Below, piece after piece: positions 1 to 9,820 of a DNA stretch of 64,000 nt. The notes under the pieces were generated by a model. The model saw only the letters and a list, made by a program, of their open reading frames with translations, searched no databases and had not been told where the DNA came from. This DNA is from an uncultured Myxococcales bacterium (lineage in GTDB: Bacteria > Myxococcota > UBA4151). Location: contig CAXGWI010000001.1 of the NCBI GenBank assembly GCA_964013405.1, positions 56,230 to 120,229 on the forward strand, written 5' to 3'. Position numbers and translations under genes: made by a program. Every line of letters starts with the position of its first letter. Positions within the stretch are counted from its first letter, which is position 1.

Positions 1-33
1 CAGCGAAACTTCACGTGGCGTGCACCCCAGTCA

Positions 34-63
34 TCCGTCCATCTTATAGAGGAGATGGACGGA
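34..63. repeat. Perfect 11-bp inverted repeat (hairpin) upstream of lptF
   Basis: TCCGTCCATCT (34-44) and AGATGGACGGA (53-63) are exact reverse complements with an 8-nt loop. No U-tract follows on either strand. Confidence 0.6.
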
Positions 64-125
64 ACAAACAAAAGGGTTTGTCCTGTAAGGATGTTTTAGG
101 GGACATCAGGCCTTAGGGAGGTGGT

Positions 126-1187
126 TTGCTACTCGTCTGGACCCTAGCTCGGCAAATGGCCGCCAACGCATTACTCAGCTTCGCCCTGCTGTTCGTCACC
201 GTCCTGAGCAGTCAGTTGTTGCGTCTCGGTCCCCTCGTCCTCGCCGGCATGAGCGATCCGCTCGGCTTCCTCAGCGTCCTTCTCGACACCCTGCCGCGGA
301 TTCTGGCCATGGCCCTTCCCTTCTCTCTTCCTCTGGGCGCATTCCTCACCGTCGACCGCTTGGAGCGGCGTTCCTTGGGCGACGCCATTCGAGCCCTCGG
401 CATGCCAGCGACCCGAGTCTGGCTGCGGGCCGGTTGGCTGACAGGTCTTGGCGGTGCACTCTTGATCATCCCCTTCGCCTGGCTCCTCGAAGCAGAAGCA
501 GCCAAGGCTTTTCCTCGGCACGCCCTTACCCTGGCTCAGGAGTCCGTCATCGAACGTATTCAGCCGGGCCAAGTGGTGCCGATGACCGATGAGCTTTCCT
601 TCTACGCTGGACCTCGAAACCAGCGAGGGGATTTCGACCATCTCACGGTCTTGTTTGAAGAGAACGTGCTCGCCGGTCGAGATGGGCGGCTGGAAGGATT
701 AGGGACCCAGGCCCTTGGTCTCTACTTGGCCGAAGCCGAACTCTGGCAAAGTACCAATCAAGGCCCGGTCCGCTCCACGGCGCGAGAGGTCCATGTTCGG
801 CTGCCCGTCAGTCGCAATATCATTCGAAACATGAGTTTCTTTGCCGATCGGGAACGCCTCTCCCTCGCCCAGTTGATTAAAAGTCCGAGTACGGACCGGG
901 AGGGCCGACGGCGCCAACACCTCGGATGGACGCGGCTTTTGGCGCCCTTGTTCACCTTAATACTGCCCGTCTTTAGTATTGCCTGTGCCCTTCTCGCACC
1001 GCCAAGGGCCCGTATCCTCTGTGGTCTAGCTGCCACGGTCTTGGTGATCGGGGTGCACCTGGCTAGCGAGTCCTTAACCCTTGCAGGGTGGCCAGCCCCG
1101 CTGGTGGCGGGCTTGGCCCCCTTGATCGCCCTGATACCCATTCTTCTAGCGCTCCGTGCTGAAGACCGTCGAGGTGTCCAAGGATGA
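126..1187 (+). CDS. lptF: LptF/LptG family LPS export permease (LptF-like)
   Basis: 353 aa with 3 N-terminal TMs, a soluble middle region and 3 C-terminal TMs. Motif 'LPFSLPLG...AIRALGMP'. TTG start with GGAGG upstream; paired with the next gene. Confidence 0.75.
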   Translation: MLLVWTLARQMAANALLSFALLFVTVLSSQLLRLGPLVLAGMSDPLGFLSVLLDTLPRILAMALPFSLPLGAFLTVDRLERRSLGDAIRALGMPATRVWLRAGWLTGLGGALLIIPFAWLLEAEAAKAFPRHALTLAQESVIERIQPGQVVPMTDELSFYAGPRNQRGDFDHLTVLFEENVLAGRDGRLEGLGTQALGLYLAEAELWQSTNQGPVRSTAREVHVRLPVSRNIIRNMSFFADRERLSLAQLIKSPSTDREGRRRQHLGWTRLLAPLFTLILPVFSIACALLAPPRARILCGLAATVLVIGVHLASESLTLAGWPAPLVAGLAPLIALIPILLALRAEDRRGVQG

Positions 1188-2257
1188 CGCACTTGATGAT
1201 CCCGCTGGCGAGCCACCTAACGAGAGTCCTCACGGTCACGCTCCTGATTTTAATCTCCGGTTGGCTCGTGGTGGATGCAGCCGAGATGGGACGCCATATG
1301 GTTGAAGTCGACGGGGCCGTCATCTTCGATCTCTACAGTTATCGCCTCCCGGTCTTCCTCCATCGACTCACCCCAGTGGCGATGGTCCTTGCCGCGGGCC
1401 TGACACTTGGCACCTGGGCCAGTCGACGCTACCTCCAAGCATCGGCTGCCCTCGGCGCGGAGATTCATGCGCCTGCGCTCCTCGTCACCCTCCTCCTCAG
1501 CCCAGTAGCCATTTTTTGGGGCTGGGCCGGAACCGACGCGATCCCCCGTATGCACAAACAGCAGAACGAGATCCTCTTCGAAAAGTTTCGGATTGGCGGT
1601 ATCCACTACTGGAACCTGCACCAGCCGACCGGGCTCTTGCTCGAGCCCCCATGGCTCGTCCGCTTCAAACCGGAAGGTCCCACGCGGATTCGGGACGTCG
1701 AAGGCGTTCGACTGCGACGGGGCGAAGTTCTCGGCCTTGTTTTCGCACCCACTGCAGAACGAATCGGCCGCGACTGGATCGCGCCGGAGATCACCCATTC
1801 TCACTATCGCAAAGGAAAGCTGATCCAGCGGGTTCGCTCCAATGGAACATTGCCCTTTTTAGATACAGGAATGAGCGTGAGTCACGCCCTTGGCTTTCCC
1901 GAGGAGTTCGGCAGCGACGAACTCAGCGAAGTGGCCCACCGAGCGAAATTGGCAGGTAGTGACCCCCGGGCCTACAACTACGAGGCCTGGCGGCGCCCCT
2001 CGAGCGTCCTCTTGCTCCTTTTAACCATGCTCACTGCCGCGATGATCGGCGCCCGAGTCCCCACCGGTAGTGGTTTCAATCTCATCCTCGCCCGCTCCGC
2101 CATGTGTGCTGCATTTTATGAGGCCTTCGCATTTTTCGGCGCGGCCTTGGGCTTGATCATTCCCCGGGGCAGAGAAGCCATCGCTGCTTGGCTGCCGATC
2201 TTTCTTATTGCCATATTTGCGAGTTGGGCTTCGGCCCGACTCGGACGGGCCCGCTGA
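1184..2257 (+). CDS. lptG: LptF/LptG family permease (LptG-like)
   Basis: 357 aa with the same 3+3 TM topology ('YRLPVFLHRLTPVAMVLAAGLTLG', 'AAWLP'); 4-nt overlap with lptF. Confidence 0.7.
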   Translation: MTHLMIPLASHLTRVLTVTLLILISGWLVVDAAEMGRHMVEVDGAVIFDLYSYRLPVFLHRLTPVAMVLAAGLTLGTWASRRYLQASAALGAEIHAPALLVTLLLSPVAIFWGWAGTDAIPRMHKQQNEILFEKFRIGGIHYWNLHQPTGLLLEPPWLVRFKPEGPTRIRDVEGVRLRRGEVLGLVFAPTAERIGRDWIAPEITHSHYRKGKLIQRVRSNGTLPFLDTGMSVSHALGFPEEFGSDELSEVAHRAKLAGSDPRAYNYEAWRRPSSVLLLLLTMLTAAMIGARVPTGSGFNLILARSAMCAAFYEAFAFFGAALGLIIPRGREAIAAWLPIFLIAIFASWASARLGRAR

Positions 2258-4056
2258 TGTTCGCCGGCGAGACATTTGGCGAGTACCGAATCATGGGCAA
2301 GTTGGCCAATGGTGGCATGGCATCGGTCTACCTCGCCAGGCACCTGGCCGACGCGACGGCGACGCCGGTCGCCCTGAAGGTGATGCTTCCGCACCTCCTT
2401 GCGAATCCCGACTACCGAGAAATGTTTACGCGGGAAGAGGCAATGGGTCGCCTCCTGACCCATCCCAACGTGGTCCGCGTGATCGAGCGGGTTGAGTCGG
2501 CCGATGGGCAAGCTCTTGCGATGGAATTTCTCGATGGACGCAATTTAATCCAAATCGTTAGTGCGGCGAGGCGTCGGTCTCAGGCCATTTCTTTCCCCGT
2601 CGTCGCCCGAGTCATCGCTGCCGTGTCAAGGGCCTTGGAGCGCGGCTGGACGGCTGTTGACGCCGAAGGACAACCCATTCGAGTCATTCACCGGGACGTC
2701 AGTCCGGAAAATGTCCTGCTTACCTACGACGGGCAGGTCAAACTGATCGATTTCGGGATTGCAAAACAGACCCATCGCCCAAGCAACACCCGGGCGGGCC
2801 AACTCAAAGGCAAATACAGCTACATGAGTCCAGAGCAGGTCCGGGGCGAGACGCTAGACCACCGTAGTGATCAGTTCAGCTTGAGCGTCCTACATTACAT
2901 TCTCCTCACCGGAAGAAAGCCATTTGTCGCCCCCAACGAGGTTGAACTCCTCAAGCTGATTCTTTCAGAAGACCCGGTACCACCAAGCCGCATCGATCCC
3001 ACAGTCCCCGGTGTACTCGAAGAGGTCGCCCTGCGCGGACTCCGAAAGGCGCCGGCTGCCCGTTTCCCCAGTCATGGCTCCGTCGCCGACGTCCTCGAAG
3101 ATCGCTACCTGAGCAAATATCCAGCCAAAGAAGCTGATATCGCCCGGCTCATGGAGAGCCTCTTTCCCGCAGGGAAGGACGCAGTACGACTACGAATCCA
3201 GCGCTTGATCGATGCTGAGCAAGAGGCGACGGTCACCGGAATCCGCCCGCCCGTGCCCCCCTTGGAACAGGTCGAGGACGAATTACTCGAAGACAGTGCC
3301 ACGATTCTCGAGGGGGCGATTCCGGACCAGCCTACCGCCAACTGGCGGACCAGTTCCAGTTCGGCTCCGCTGGCCCAAGACCAGACCGAAATCTCGGTCC
3401 CCGAAGAGCAGGCGACCGTGCTCACACCCGCTGCTGTTGATGTGATCCCGCCACCGCGACGGCCGGCCACCCATCACCGGGGTTCTCATCATGTCACCGG
3501 CTCCCACTACAACCTCAGCCCCTCTTCATTCTCGCCGGCCACCGCGGGCCTGGCCCTCTTAGCGGTCGCCGCACTGCTCGCACTCTACTTCTCGTTCTCC
3601 GAAGATCGCAGTGAGGTGGCGACGGTGCAGAGTGGCCAAGGTACGCTCATCGTTCGGGCCTCCACCGGACAGGCCGAGGTCCGAATCAACGCGGAGCTCA
3701 TCGGCTCGACCCCAATTGAAAAGCAACTGCGAGCGGGACGAGTCAGTGTCCTCTGTAGTTTTCGATCCCGAGAGGTCGTTCTGAAGAAACGAGTCGACGT
3801 CATGGCCGGACAACGAACTGAGACGCTCTGCCAGCTCGGCCACGCTGATTTAGAGGTCAATGGGCCAAAAGGCTGGCAGGTTCAGGTCGATGACAAACCC
3901 CTCCAGTCCCCACCCGTGCGCCTTTCCAAACTTCTCGAGGGAAGCCACCGGATCGAGTGGGTCCGGCAGACCGATGGTCACAAGGAGGTACGCCGCTTAC
4001 GACTGCAAAGGGGCGAGCGAAAAGTCGTTGATGGCTTTGAGGGCTTAGATCGATGA
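2257..4056 (+). CDS. Hanks-type Ser/Thr protein kinase with TM and C-terminal PEGA-like domains
   Basis: GGMASVY, VALKVM, HRDVSPEN, DFGIAK and YMSPEQ motifs; TM 'GLALLAVAALLALYFSF'; PEGA-like 'EVRINAELIGSTP'. Start moved to ATG 2257, overlapping the lptG stop (TGATG). Confidence 0.9.
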   Translation: MFAGETFGEYRIMGKLANGGMASVYLARHLADATATPVALKVMLPHLLANPDYREMFTREEAMGRLLTHPNVVRVIERVESADGQALAMEFLDGRNLIQIVSAARRRSQAISFPVVARVIAAVSRALERGWTAVDAEGQPIRVIHRDVSPENVLLTYDGQVKLIDFGIAKQTHRPSNTRAGQLKGKYSYMSPEQVRGETLDHRSDQFSLSVLHYILLTGRKPFVAPNEVELLKLILSEDPVPPSRIDPTVPGVLEEVALRGLRKAPAARFPSHGSVADVLEDRYLSKYPAKEADIARLMESLFPAGKDAVRLRIQRLIDAEQEATVTGIRPPVPPLEQVEDELLEDSATILEGAIPDQPTANWRTSSSSAPLAQDQTEISVPEEQATVLTPAAVDVIPPPRRPATHHRGSHHVTGSHYNLSPSSFSPATAGLALLAVAALLALYFSFSEDRSEVATVQSGQGTLIVRASTGQAEVRINAELIGSTPIEKQLRAGRVSVLCSFRSREVVLKKRVDVMAGQRTETLCQLGHADLEVNGPKGWQVQVDDKPLQSPPVRLSKLLEGSHRIEWVRQTDGHKEVRRLRLQRGERKVVDGFEGLDR

Positions 4057-5075
4057 AATCACCGGTTGTGCTGGGTATTGAGACGAGTTGTGACGAAACC
4101 GCTGTCGCACTCTACAGGCGGGGCGAAGTCTTGGCTGAATCGGTCCACTCCCAAGTGGATATTCACCGTTATTATGGCGGGGTGGTCCCCGAACTCGCGA
4201 GCCGAGATCATGCTGGATACCTCCGCGCTGTTGCAGCCGAAGTCCTCCAGGGCTGGGAGGGTTCGATCGATCTCGTGTGCGCCACCCGAGGCCCCGGACT
4301 GATCGGTGGCCTTCTCGTGGGGCTGACCTGGGCCCGAGCCTATGCATTTGGTCAAGGCTTGCCCTTTGTGGGGGTACACCATCTCGCTGGACATCTTGCA
4401 GCACCACTGGTCGACCCAGAATTCACGCTGGAGCCACCGGCCATTGCACTGGTTGCCAGTGGCGGGCACACGCTCCTGTATGACCTGACGGCCTGGGGTG
4501 AAGTGCGGGTACTCGGGGGGACTCGAGATGATGCGGCCGGTGAGTGTTTTGATAAGGCCGCACGCATGCTCAATCTAGGCTACCCGGGCGGCCCAGCGAT
4601 TCAGAGCGCAGCGGCGAAGCACGAGGGGCCGGCCGTCAAGCTGCCTCGACCCATGCTGAAGCGGGGGCTCGAAATGAGCTTCAGCGGCCTGAAGACTGCC
4701 TTGCTTACAGAAGTTCAGTCTCGGCCCCAGCCCTTAGACGAGTCCACGGTCAATGAGCTCGCCTATGCGGTCCAGGACGCCATCGTCGATGTGCTCCTCA
4801 CCAAACTCCGGAAAGCATTGGAAGTCACGGGAAGAAAGCGCGTGCTGATCGGTGGTGGTGTTGCTGCAAACCAACCGCTTCGAGATGGCGTCGCCGCCCT
4901 CGAGAACGACGGTTTTGAGGTCTACATTCCGGCCCGGAAGTACTGCACAGACAACGCGGCAATGATCGCAGCGGCTGGCTTGATTCAGTTCGAACGTACG
5001 GGACCAGACCCGCTGAATGCGCCTGCTCAAGCCCGCTGGGACCTGCAGGATTTTTGGCCCCTAACACCGTCGTAG
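4053..5075 (+). CDS. tsaD: tRNA N6-threonylcarbamoyltransferase TsaD
   Basis: LGIETSCDET, GGVVPELASRDH, HHLAGH, SGGHT, DDAAGECFDK, SFSGLKT and CTDNAAMIA motifs. Confidence 0.97.
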   Translation: MKSPVVLGIETSCDETAVALYRRGEVLAESVHSQVDIHRYYGGVVPELASRDHAGYLRAVAAEVLQGWEGSIDLVCATRGPGLIGGLLVGLTWARAYAFGQGLPFVGVHHLAGHLAAPLVDPEFTLEPPAIALVASGGHTLLYDLTAWGEVRVLGGTRDDAAGECFDKAARMLNLGYPGGPAIQSAAAKHEGPAVKLPRPMLKRGLEMSFSGLKTALLTEVQSRPQPLDESTVNELAYAVQDAIVDVLLTKLRKALEVTGRKRVLIGGGVAANQPLRDGVAALENDGFEVYIPARKYCTDNAAMIAAAGLIQFERTGPDPLNAPAQARWDLQDFWPLTPS

Positions 5076-5076
5076 T

Positions 5077-7203
5077 TTATTGCAGTTGGTCAAGCCAGTC
5101 ATCGAGGGTTGGGTCGGGCCGGTTGCCCAACAACCTTTTGGCGACGCCAAGGTGTTTTAAAGCACGCTTTCGAGCCTTCTGATCATTGTTCTTAAAGGCC
5201 TTGAGTTCAAGGTAACCGAGGGCCTTATAGGCGGGAATGAGTTTACCATTGGCCTGAATCGCGCGGCTGTAAGCTTTCTTCGCCGCCGGCGTATCACCGC
5301 CCGTTTCAAGGGCTTCACCCAGTTCATAGTAGGCTAAGGCTTTGTTCTTTTTGCTCGCGCGCATTTTCAGGGCACGGCGGTAGTTTTTCTCGGCCGCATC
5401 GAGATCACCTTGATCTCTTGCCTCCCGAGCCTTGGTCATCGATTTTGCAAAGGGGCCCGTCCCGACACGGCGCTTCTTGCGCTTCTTGGGCCGCAATCTC
5501 CGCTTAGTTTTTACCCCGGCCTTCCGCTTCTTGGCATCGCCCTCCAGTTCCGGACGCTGCAAGGGTTCGAGGGGGGGGAGTGGCTCCGGGCTGGAGAAGG
5601 TGCGGATGATCGGCGCCAACAGGCCGCCCTTCTCACCTTTGATCCGTCGGTTCCGGATAAAAATGGCGGTGACCAACAGGCCGAAGAGCGCAACTGCTGC
5701 AGCGATCCACCGCCAATCCCAACGCTTCTCAGACGCGACCTCCCGTTCCGAGGTCATCGCCTCTTCGTCGGCCAAAATCTCATCGCTCGTGCGTAGGCGA
5801 GCGAGGCCCTTACGTTCGACCGGCGGGGCTGGTGGCAGTTCCTCAGTGAGCGGCGCCATGTCCCGGGTTTCAAGAAATTCTGGCACGTCATCGACGCGAT
5901 CGAAAACCGGTGGGAGTTCATCGATTGCTTCATCATCCGCCTCGATCGGCGGTGGGAGCCCCGACTCCACGAGATCCCGTTCATCAACGGCCCACGCTCC
6001 ACTCTCGCCATCAAACCCGGCGGACTCGTCGTCGACCGCTGGCGGCAAACTGAAGAGGAGGGAATCCTCGCTTGAGTCGCTGAGCAAGGGCTCGATCGGG
6101 TCGGTTAAGGCATCGGCATCGTCGTCTTGTAACTCCGGTAGCGACTCCCAGTCTCCCTGACCCGCGCTCTCAGGCACCTGGGCCATCGCCAAGGACCAGG
6201 CCAGATCGGACTCCACCTCCTCCACTTCAGGTTCGGCCGGCGTTGCGAGGACCTCATCCTCGTCCATTTGCGGTGGCAAGGCAGCTTCGTCGGCAACCGG
6301 CGGAATGTCTTCAGCCTCTGGCTCGGGCTGAGCGATGATCAAGATGCCATCTTCAAGCAAGCTGAGAGAGCCCTCGAGGGCCCGGCGGCCACCGATCAAA
6401 CGCACCCCTTCAAGGTCTCGCTGACCATCGATCAACCGGAGGATCCAACTGACCTGGTCGCTGAGTAGAGAGAGACGACTCAAAAGGCGCTCTGGCGCCA
6501 CATCCAGCGGACCCTTGGGGGCGCCATCGAGCAACTGGGCGACATGCAGTTCGATCGTTTCCGCCTCGGCCACCCAAGACTTTAGGTTTTTGCCCTGCCC
6601 GGCCTCCGGGTTCTTTCGGGGCTCCAAGTAGGATTCCCCCTGGTCCAGCGCGAGCAGGACAGCAAAGGCCTCCGGTCCTGTGAGCCCGCTGAGGCGAGTC
6701 TGCACCAATCGACCACCTCGCAGATGGATTTCTCCCCGTCCCAGGGGCGCCTCAACCATGTAGATTCCCGTGGACTCAAGGCGACCTGCAAGCTTCAGGC
6801 GCTCCTTGAGTGTTTCTCGGGCGTTGGGCTCCCGCCGACACAACTGCTCCTCGAACCAATCTCGGATCCGCTCACCCAGTTGAACCGCCGCCGCCGGAAA
6901 CTGGATCGGGCGTACCAGCACTTTGGCCCCATCAGGGATCTCCTCGCTGACCCCGGGGTCTTGTAGAAAGACTGGCGCAACCTCCGCGGCGATGAGCGAT
7001 TGCGTAGCCCGGTCGCGGTCCTCCAGCGTCCAGCCGGGAATCATCCCTGTGACCAGGACCGCATCCACTCGGGGGCGCTGTAGAAAAAGTGCCGCTTCAT
7101 CGGCGTTGTGGATCACTTGGATGTGAAAGCCGGCCTGACGTAACGCCGACTCGACGATACTCCGCTCCAAATCGGAGGGCCCGAAGATCGCCAGCGACCA
7201 CAT
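5077..7203 (-). CDS. Multidomain membrane protein: degenerate receiver, DUF4388-like region, acidic linker, TM, C-terminal TPRs
   Basis: N-terminal receiver-like 'LRQAGFHIQVIHNADEAALFL...VDAVLV'; 'GEIHLRGGRLV...GPEAF'; long D/E/P-rich linker; TM 'WIAAAVALFGLLVTAIFI'; TPR-like 'AYYELGEALE...AKKAYSRAI'. Confidence 0.6.
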   Translation of the reverse strand: MWSLAIFGPSDLERSIVESALRQAGFHIQVIHNADEAALFLQRPRVDAVLVTGMIPGWTLEDRDRATQSLIAAEVAPVFLQDPGVSEEIPDGAKVLVRPIQFPAAAVQLGERIRDWFEEQLCRREPNARETLKERLKLAGRLESTGIYMVEAPLGRGEIHLRGGRLVQTRLSGLTGPEAFAVLLALDQGESYLEPRKNPEAGQGKNLKSWVAEAETIELHVAQLLDGAPKGPLDVAPERLLSRLSLLSDQVSWILRLIDGQRDLEGVRLIGGRRALEGSLSLLEDGILIIAQPEPEAEDIPPVADEAALPPQMDEDEVLATPAEPEVEEVESDLAWSLAMAQVPESAGQGDWESLPELQDDDADALTDPIEPLLSDSSEDSLLFSLPPAVDDESAGFDGESGAWAVDERDLVESGLPPPIEADDEAIDELPPVFDRVDDVPEFLETRDMAPLTEELPPAPPVERKGLARLRTSDEILADEEAMTSEREVASEKRWDWRWIAAAVALFGLLVTAIFIRNRRIKGEKGGLLAPIIRTFSSPEPLPPLEPLQRPELEGDAKKRKAGVKTKRRLRPKKRKKRRVGTGPFAKSMTKAREARDQGDLDAAEKNYRRALKMRASKKNKALAYYELGEALETGGDTPAAKKAYSRAIQANGKLIPAYKALGYLELKAFKNNDQKARKRALKHLGVAKRLLGNRPDPTLDDWLDQLQ

Positions 7204-7359
7204 CGATCGTCCCCTTTACGCAATGCGCCCTTATGCGCGTGCGGGGAAAACATAAGCGCAGCAAGCGGCGAGCAAAAAGAAAAATGCCCAGCGGGTTGCA
7301 ATACAGCGGTCACCTAGCTAGGCGGACAGCGCGGAAAGACTCCGCTGTTGGAGGCGCTC

Positions 7360-8616
7360 ATGGAGTGGGACAGCAAACTCTTCTTGGTCACTCGGAACTT
7401 GGTGCATCGAACGGCTGCCCGCCTGGATATGGACCCAAACGCCGCCCACCGACTCCTGCAGCCGGATCGGGCGCTGATCGTCTCGGTGCCGGTCCGGCGA
7501 GACGATGGAACTGTCGAGACGTACACCGGTTACCGCGTCCAGCACAACGACACCCGGGGCCCCTTTAAAGGCGGGCTTCGCTACCACCCAGATGTCGATC
7601 TCGGTGAGGTGACTGCCCTGGCGACTTTGATGACCTTTAAGTGTGCTGTCGTTGGCGTCCCCCTCGGCGGCGCAAAAGGAGGAATCGCTTGTGACCCGAA
7701 CAAATTCAGTCGGGCTGAATTGCAGCGACTGACAAGGCGGTTCACAACCGAGATCATCAACTTCATCGGACCCGATGTTGATATCCCTGCCCCGGATATG
7801 GGCACCAGTCCCCAGGTCATGGCTTGGATCATGGATACCTACAGTCAGATGAAGGGCCATACCTGCAATGGTGTGGTGACGGGCAAACCCATCGAATTGG
7901 GTGGGAGTCAGGGGCGACTTCAGGCGACCGGCCGCGGCCTGGTATACTGCGTCGTCGCCGCGGCAAAGCACTTGGGGATCGATCTGAAGGAATGCACGGC
8001 AAGTATTCAAGGCTACGGCAATGTGGGGCACTGGGCGGGCCGTGAGTTAGAGCGAAACGGCGTCAAGATTCTCGCACTGAGCGACATGACAGGGGCCATC
8101 TACAACCCCAACGGACTCGATCTCAAAGAGACACGAAAGTACGTCCTTAAGCACGGTGGTCTTGCAGGCTATCCCAAGGCGGAGCCGATCGATCCCGATG
8201 AAATCCTCACCCTCAAAGCGGATATTGTCGTGCCGGCAGCCATCGGTAGTGTGATCGACGCTGAGGTCGCCAACAAACTCCAGTGCAGAATTCTGGCCGA
8301 GGGGGCCAATGGCCCGGTGACGACAGAGGGCAACGAGGTCCTCCTCAAACGACAAGATGAGATTTTTGTGATCCCCGACATTCTCGCCAATGCCGGTGGC
8401 GTCACGGTCAGCTACTTCGAATGGGTGCAGGGAACGCAAAACTTTTTCTGGAGCGCCAAAGAGGTCAATGACCGACTACGGCAGATCATGCAGAAGGCCT
8501 TTAAGGAAATCCTGCAGACCCACTTAAATGAAGATATGGACATGCGTACGGCCTCGATGGCCGTCGGGATGAGAAAAGTCACCGATACGATGAAACTCCG
8601 AGGGCTCTTCCCCTAA
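7360..8616 (+). CDS. gdhA: Glu/Leu/Phe/Val dehydrogenase (glutamate dehydrogenase)
   Basis: GYRVQHN, GPFKGGLRYHP, GGAKGG, DIPAPDMGT, GYGNVG, EGANGP and NAGGVTVSYFEWVQ motifs. ATG 7360 has GGAGG upstream. Confidence 0.95.
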   Translation: MEWDSKLFLVTRNLVHRTAARLDMDPNAAHRLLQPDRALIVSVPVRRDDGTVETYTGYRVQHNDTRGPFKGGLRYHPDVDLGEVTALATLMTFKCAVVGVPLGGAKGGIACDPNKFSRAELQRLTRRFTTEIINFIGPDVDIPAPDMGTSPQVMAWIMDTYSQMKGHTCNGVVTGKPIELGGSQGRLQATGRGLVYCVVAAAKHLGIDLKECTASIQGYGNVGHWAGRELERNGVKILALSDMTGAIYNPNGLDLKETRKYVLKHGGLAGYPKAEPIDPDEILTLKADIVVPAAIGSVIDAEVANKLQCRILAEGANGPVTTEGNEVLLKRQDEIFVIPDILANAGGVTVSYFEWVQGTQNFFWSAKEVNDRLRQIMQKAFKEILQTHLNEDMDMRTASMAVGMRKVTDTMKLRGLFP

Positions 8617-9818
8617 GGCTTGATTTCTTTGCGGGCCGGCACAACCAATCCAATCGCCGCCCAAAGCAAGCCCCCTAATGGGAACCTCCATAAAGGACGA
8701 ACACCCATGTTCGCGGCCAAAAAGTGACGGAATAATTGGGGGCTTCGACTCAATGCGCGAATGGCGAGGCGTCGTAAAAAGGGCCAGCGCGCCAAAATCA
8801 GCGCCGCCCTCAAAGTGGGCAACGTGCTGTGAAAGGTTTCGATGAGCCCTTGCCGTATGGGCTGAAGGGCCTGCTGGTCGAGTTCACCACAAGTGATGCG
8901 CTGGGGAAGCTCATCAGCGAGAAGCATGGCCTGATCAAAGCTCACTGAAAGTCCTTCGCCGGTGATCCCATCGCCGTAGCCGAGACTATCCCCAATCAAG
9001 AGGACCCGGTCTGGCCAAGGCCCAAGGGCTTGCCAAGCTAAGGGCCCCGTCCCTTGAAACCGTGAGTCGGACTCCTTGCCATCCAATCGGCGAGCAAGGC
9101 CCGGAAACCGACTCATCAGGGCTTTGAATGGCTCCGGTGACTGAAGTTCCGCCGGCTCATTCGTTTGATCCCAAAGTAAAGCGATCTCTACACGCCCATC
9201 CCCCGATGGCGTGACATAAGCCTCCATCCCCTTCGACCACCAAACTTCCACATCATCGCTCCAACGCGAACAGCGGAAGTGCTGCCGGGCACCAAAACGC
9301 CGACGCTTAAAGGGTCGACCTGGTCGTAAGCTGAGTTGCTCCAGTAATCCTGTGTTTCGACCGGCGGCAAACACGCAGACTTCACCCTCATGGGCCCCTG
9401 CCCGGCTCACGACACGTACACCTTCAGCCTGAATCGTAATTGTTTTCACCCGGGCATGGTCGGTCAGTACAACGCCGAGTTCACGCGCTCTCTCGTGCAG
9501 TGCGCGGCTAAGGGCCTGGCGGCGAACACCCATCCCGAGTCCGGCAGGGAATACCCCTCTTGCGGTCCGGCCATCATCATCCCAGTAGCGAATCCCTTCG
9601 AAGGGCGAACAGTCCTCAGGGCCCAAATAGTCAGTGACCCCAAGAGATTCCAGACAGGCCCAGCCGGTGGGCATGATGCCCTCGCCGCAAACCCGGTCAC
9701 GGGGCCAGGTTTTTCCCTCTAAGACCTCGACCGTTAGCCCCTTAAGACGCAAGGCGATCGCTGCGGCCAAACCAGCGGGCCCCCCTCCAATCACGAGCAC
9801 CTGGATCGATGACCCCAT
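8613..9818 (-). CDS. FAD-dependent oxidoreductase/monooxygenase (type III PKS cluster tailoring enzyme)
   Basis: GGGPAG Rossmann motif, 'CGEGI', 'LLIGDSLGYGDGITGEG'. ATG 9818 lies 2 nt after the FAAL stop. Confidence 0.85.
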   Translation of the reverse strand: MGSSIQVLVIGGGPAGLAAAIALRLKGLTVEVLEGKTWPRDRVCGEGIMPTGWACLESLGVTDYLGPEDCSPFEGIRYWDDDGRTARGVFPAGLGMGVRRQALSRALHERARELGVVLTDHARVKTITIQAEGVRVVSRAGAHEGEVCVFAAGRNTGLLEQLSLRPGRPFKRRRFGARQHFRCSRWSDDVEVWWSKGMEAYVTPSGDGRVEIALLWDQTNEPAELQSPEPFKALMSRFPGLARRLDGKESDSRFQGTGPLAWQALGPWPDRVLLIGDSLGYGDGITGEGLSVSFDQAMLLADELPQRITCGELDQQALQPIRQGLIETFHSTLPTLRAALILARWPFLRRLAIRALSRSPQLFRHFLAANMGVRPLWRFPLGGLLWAAIGLVVPARKEIKP

Positions 9819-9820
9819 GC

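Noticed and set aside
7224..7260. Imperfect inverted repeat (TGCGCccTTATG / CATAAGCGCA) in the divergent gap before gdhA
   Set aside because: Bulged and short; it cannot be distinguished from chance without comparative data.
7318..8031. 237-aa ORF antisense to gdhA
   Set aside because: Shadow ORF. Long antisense frames are common opposite glutamate dehydrogenases and other high-GC genes, and the plus strand carries all the motifs.
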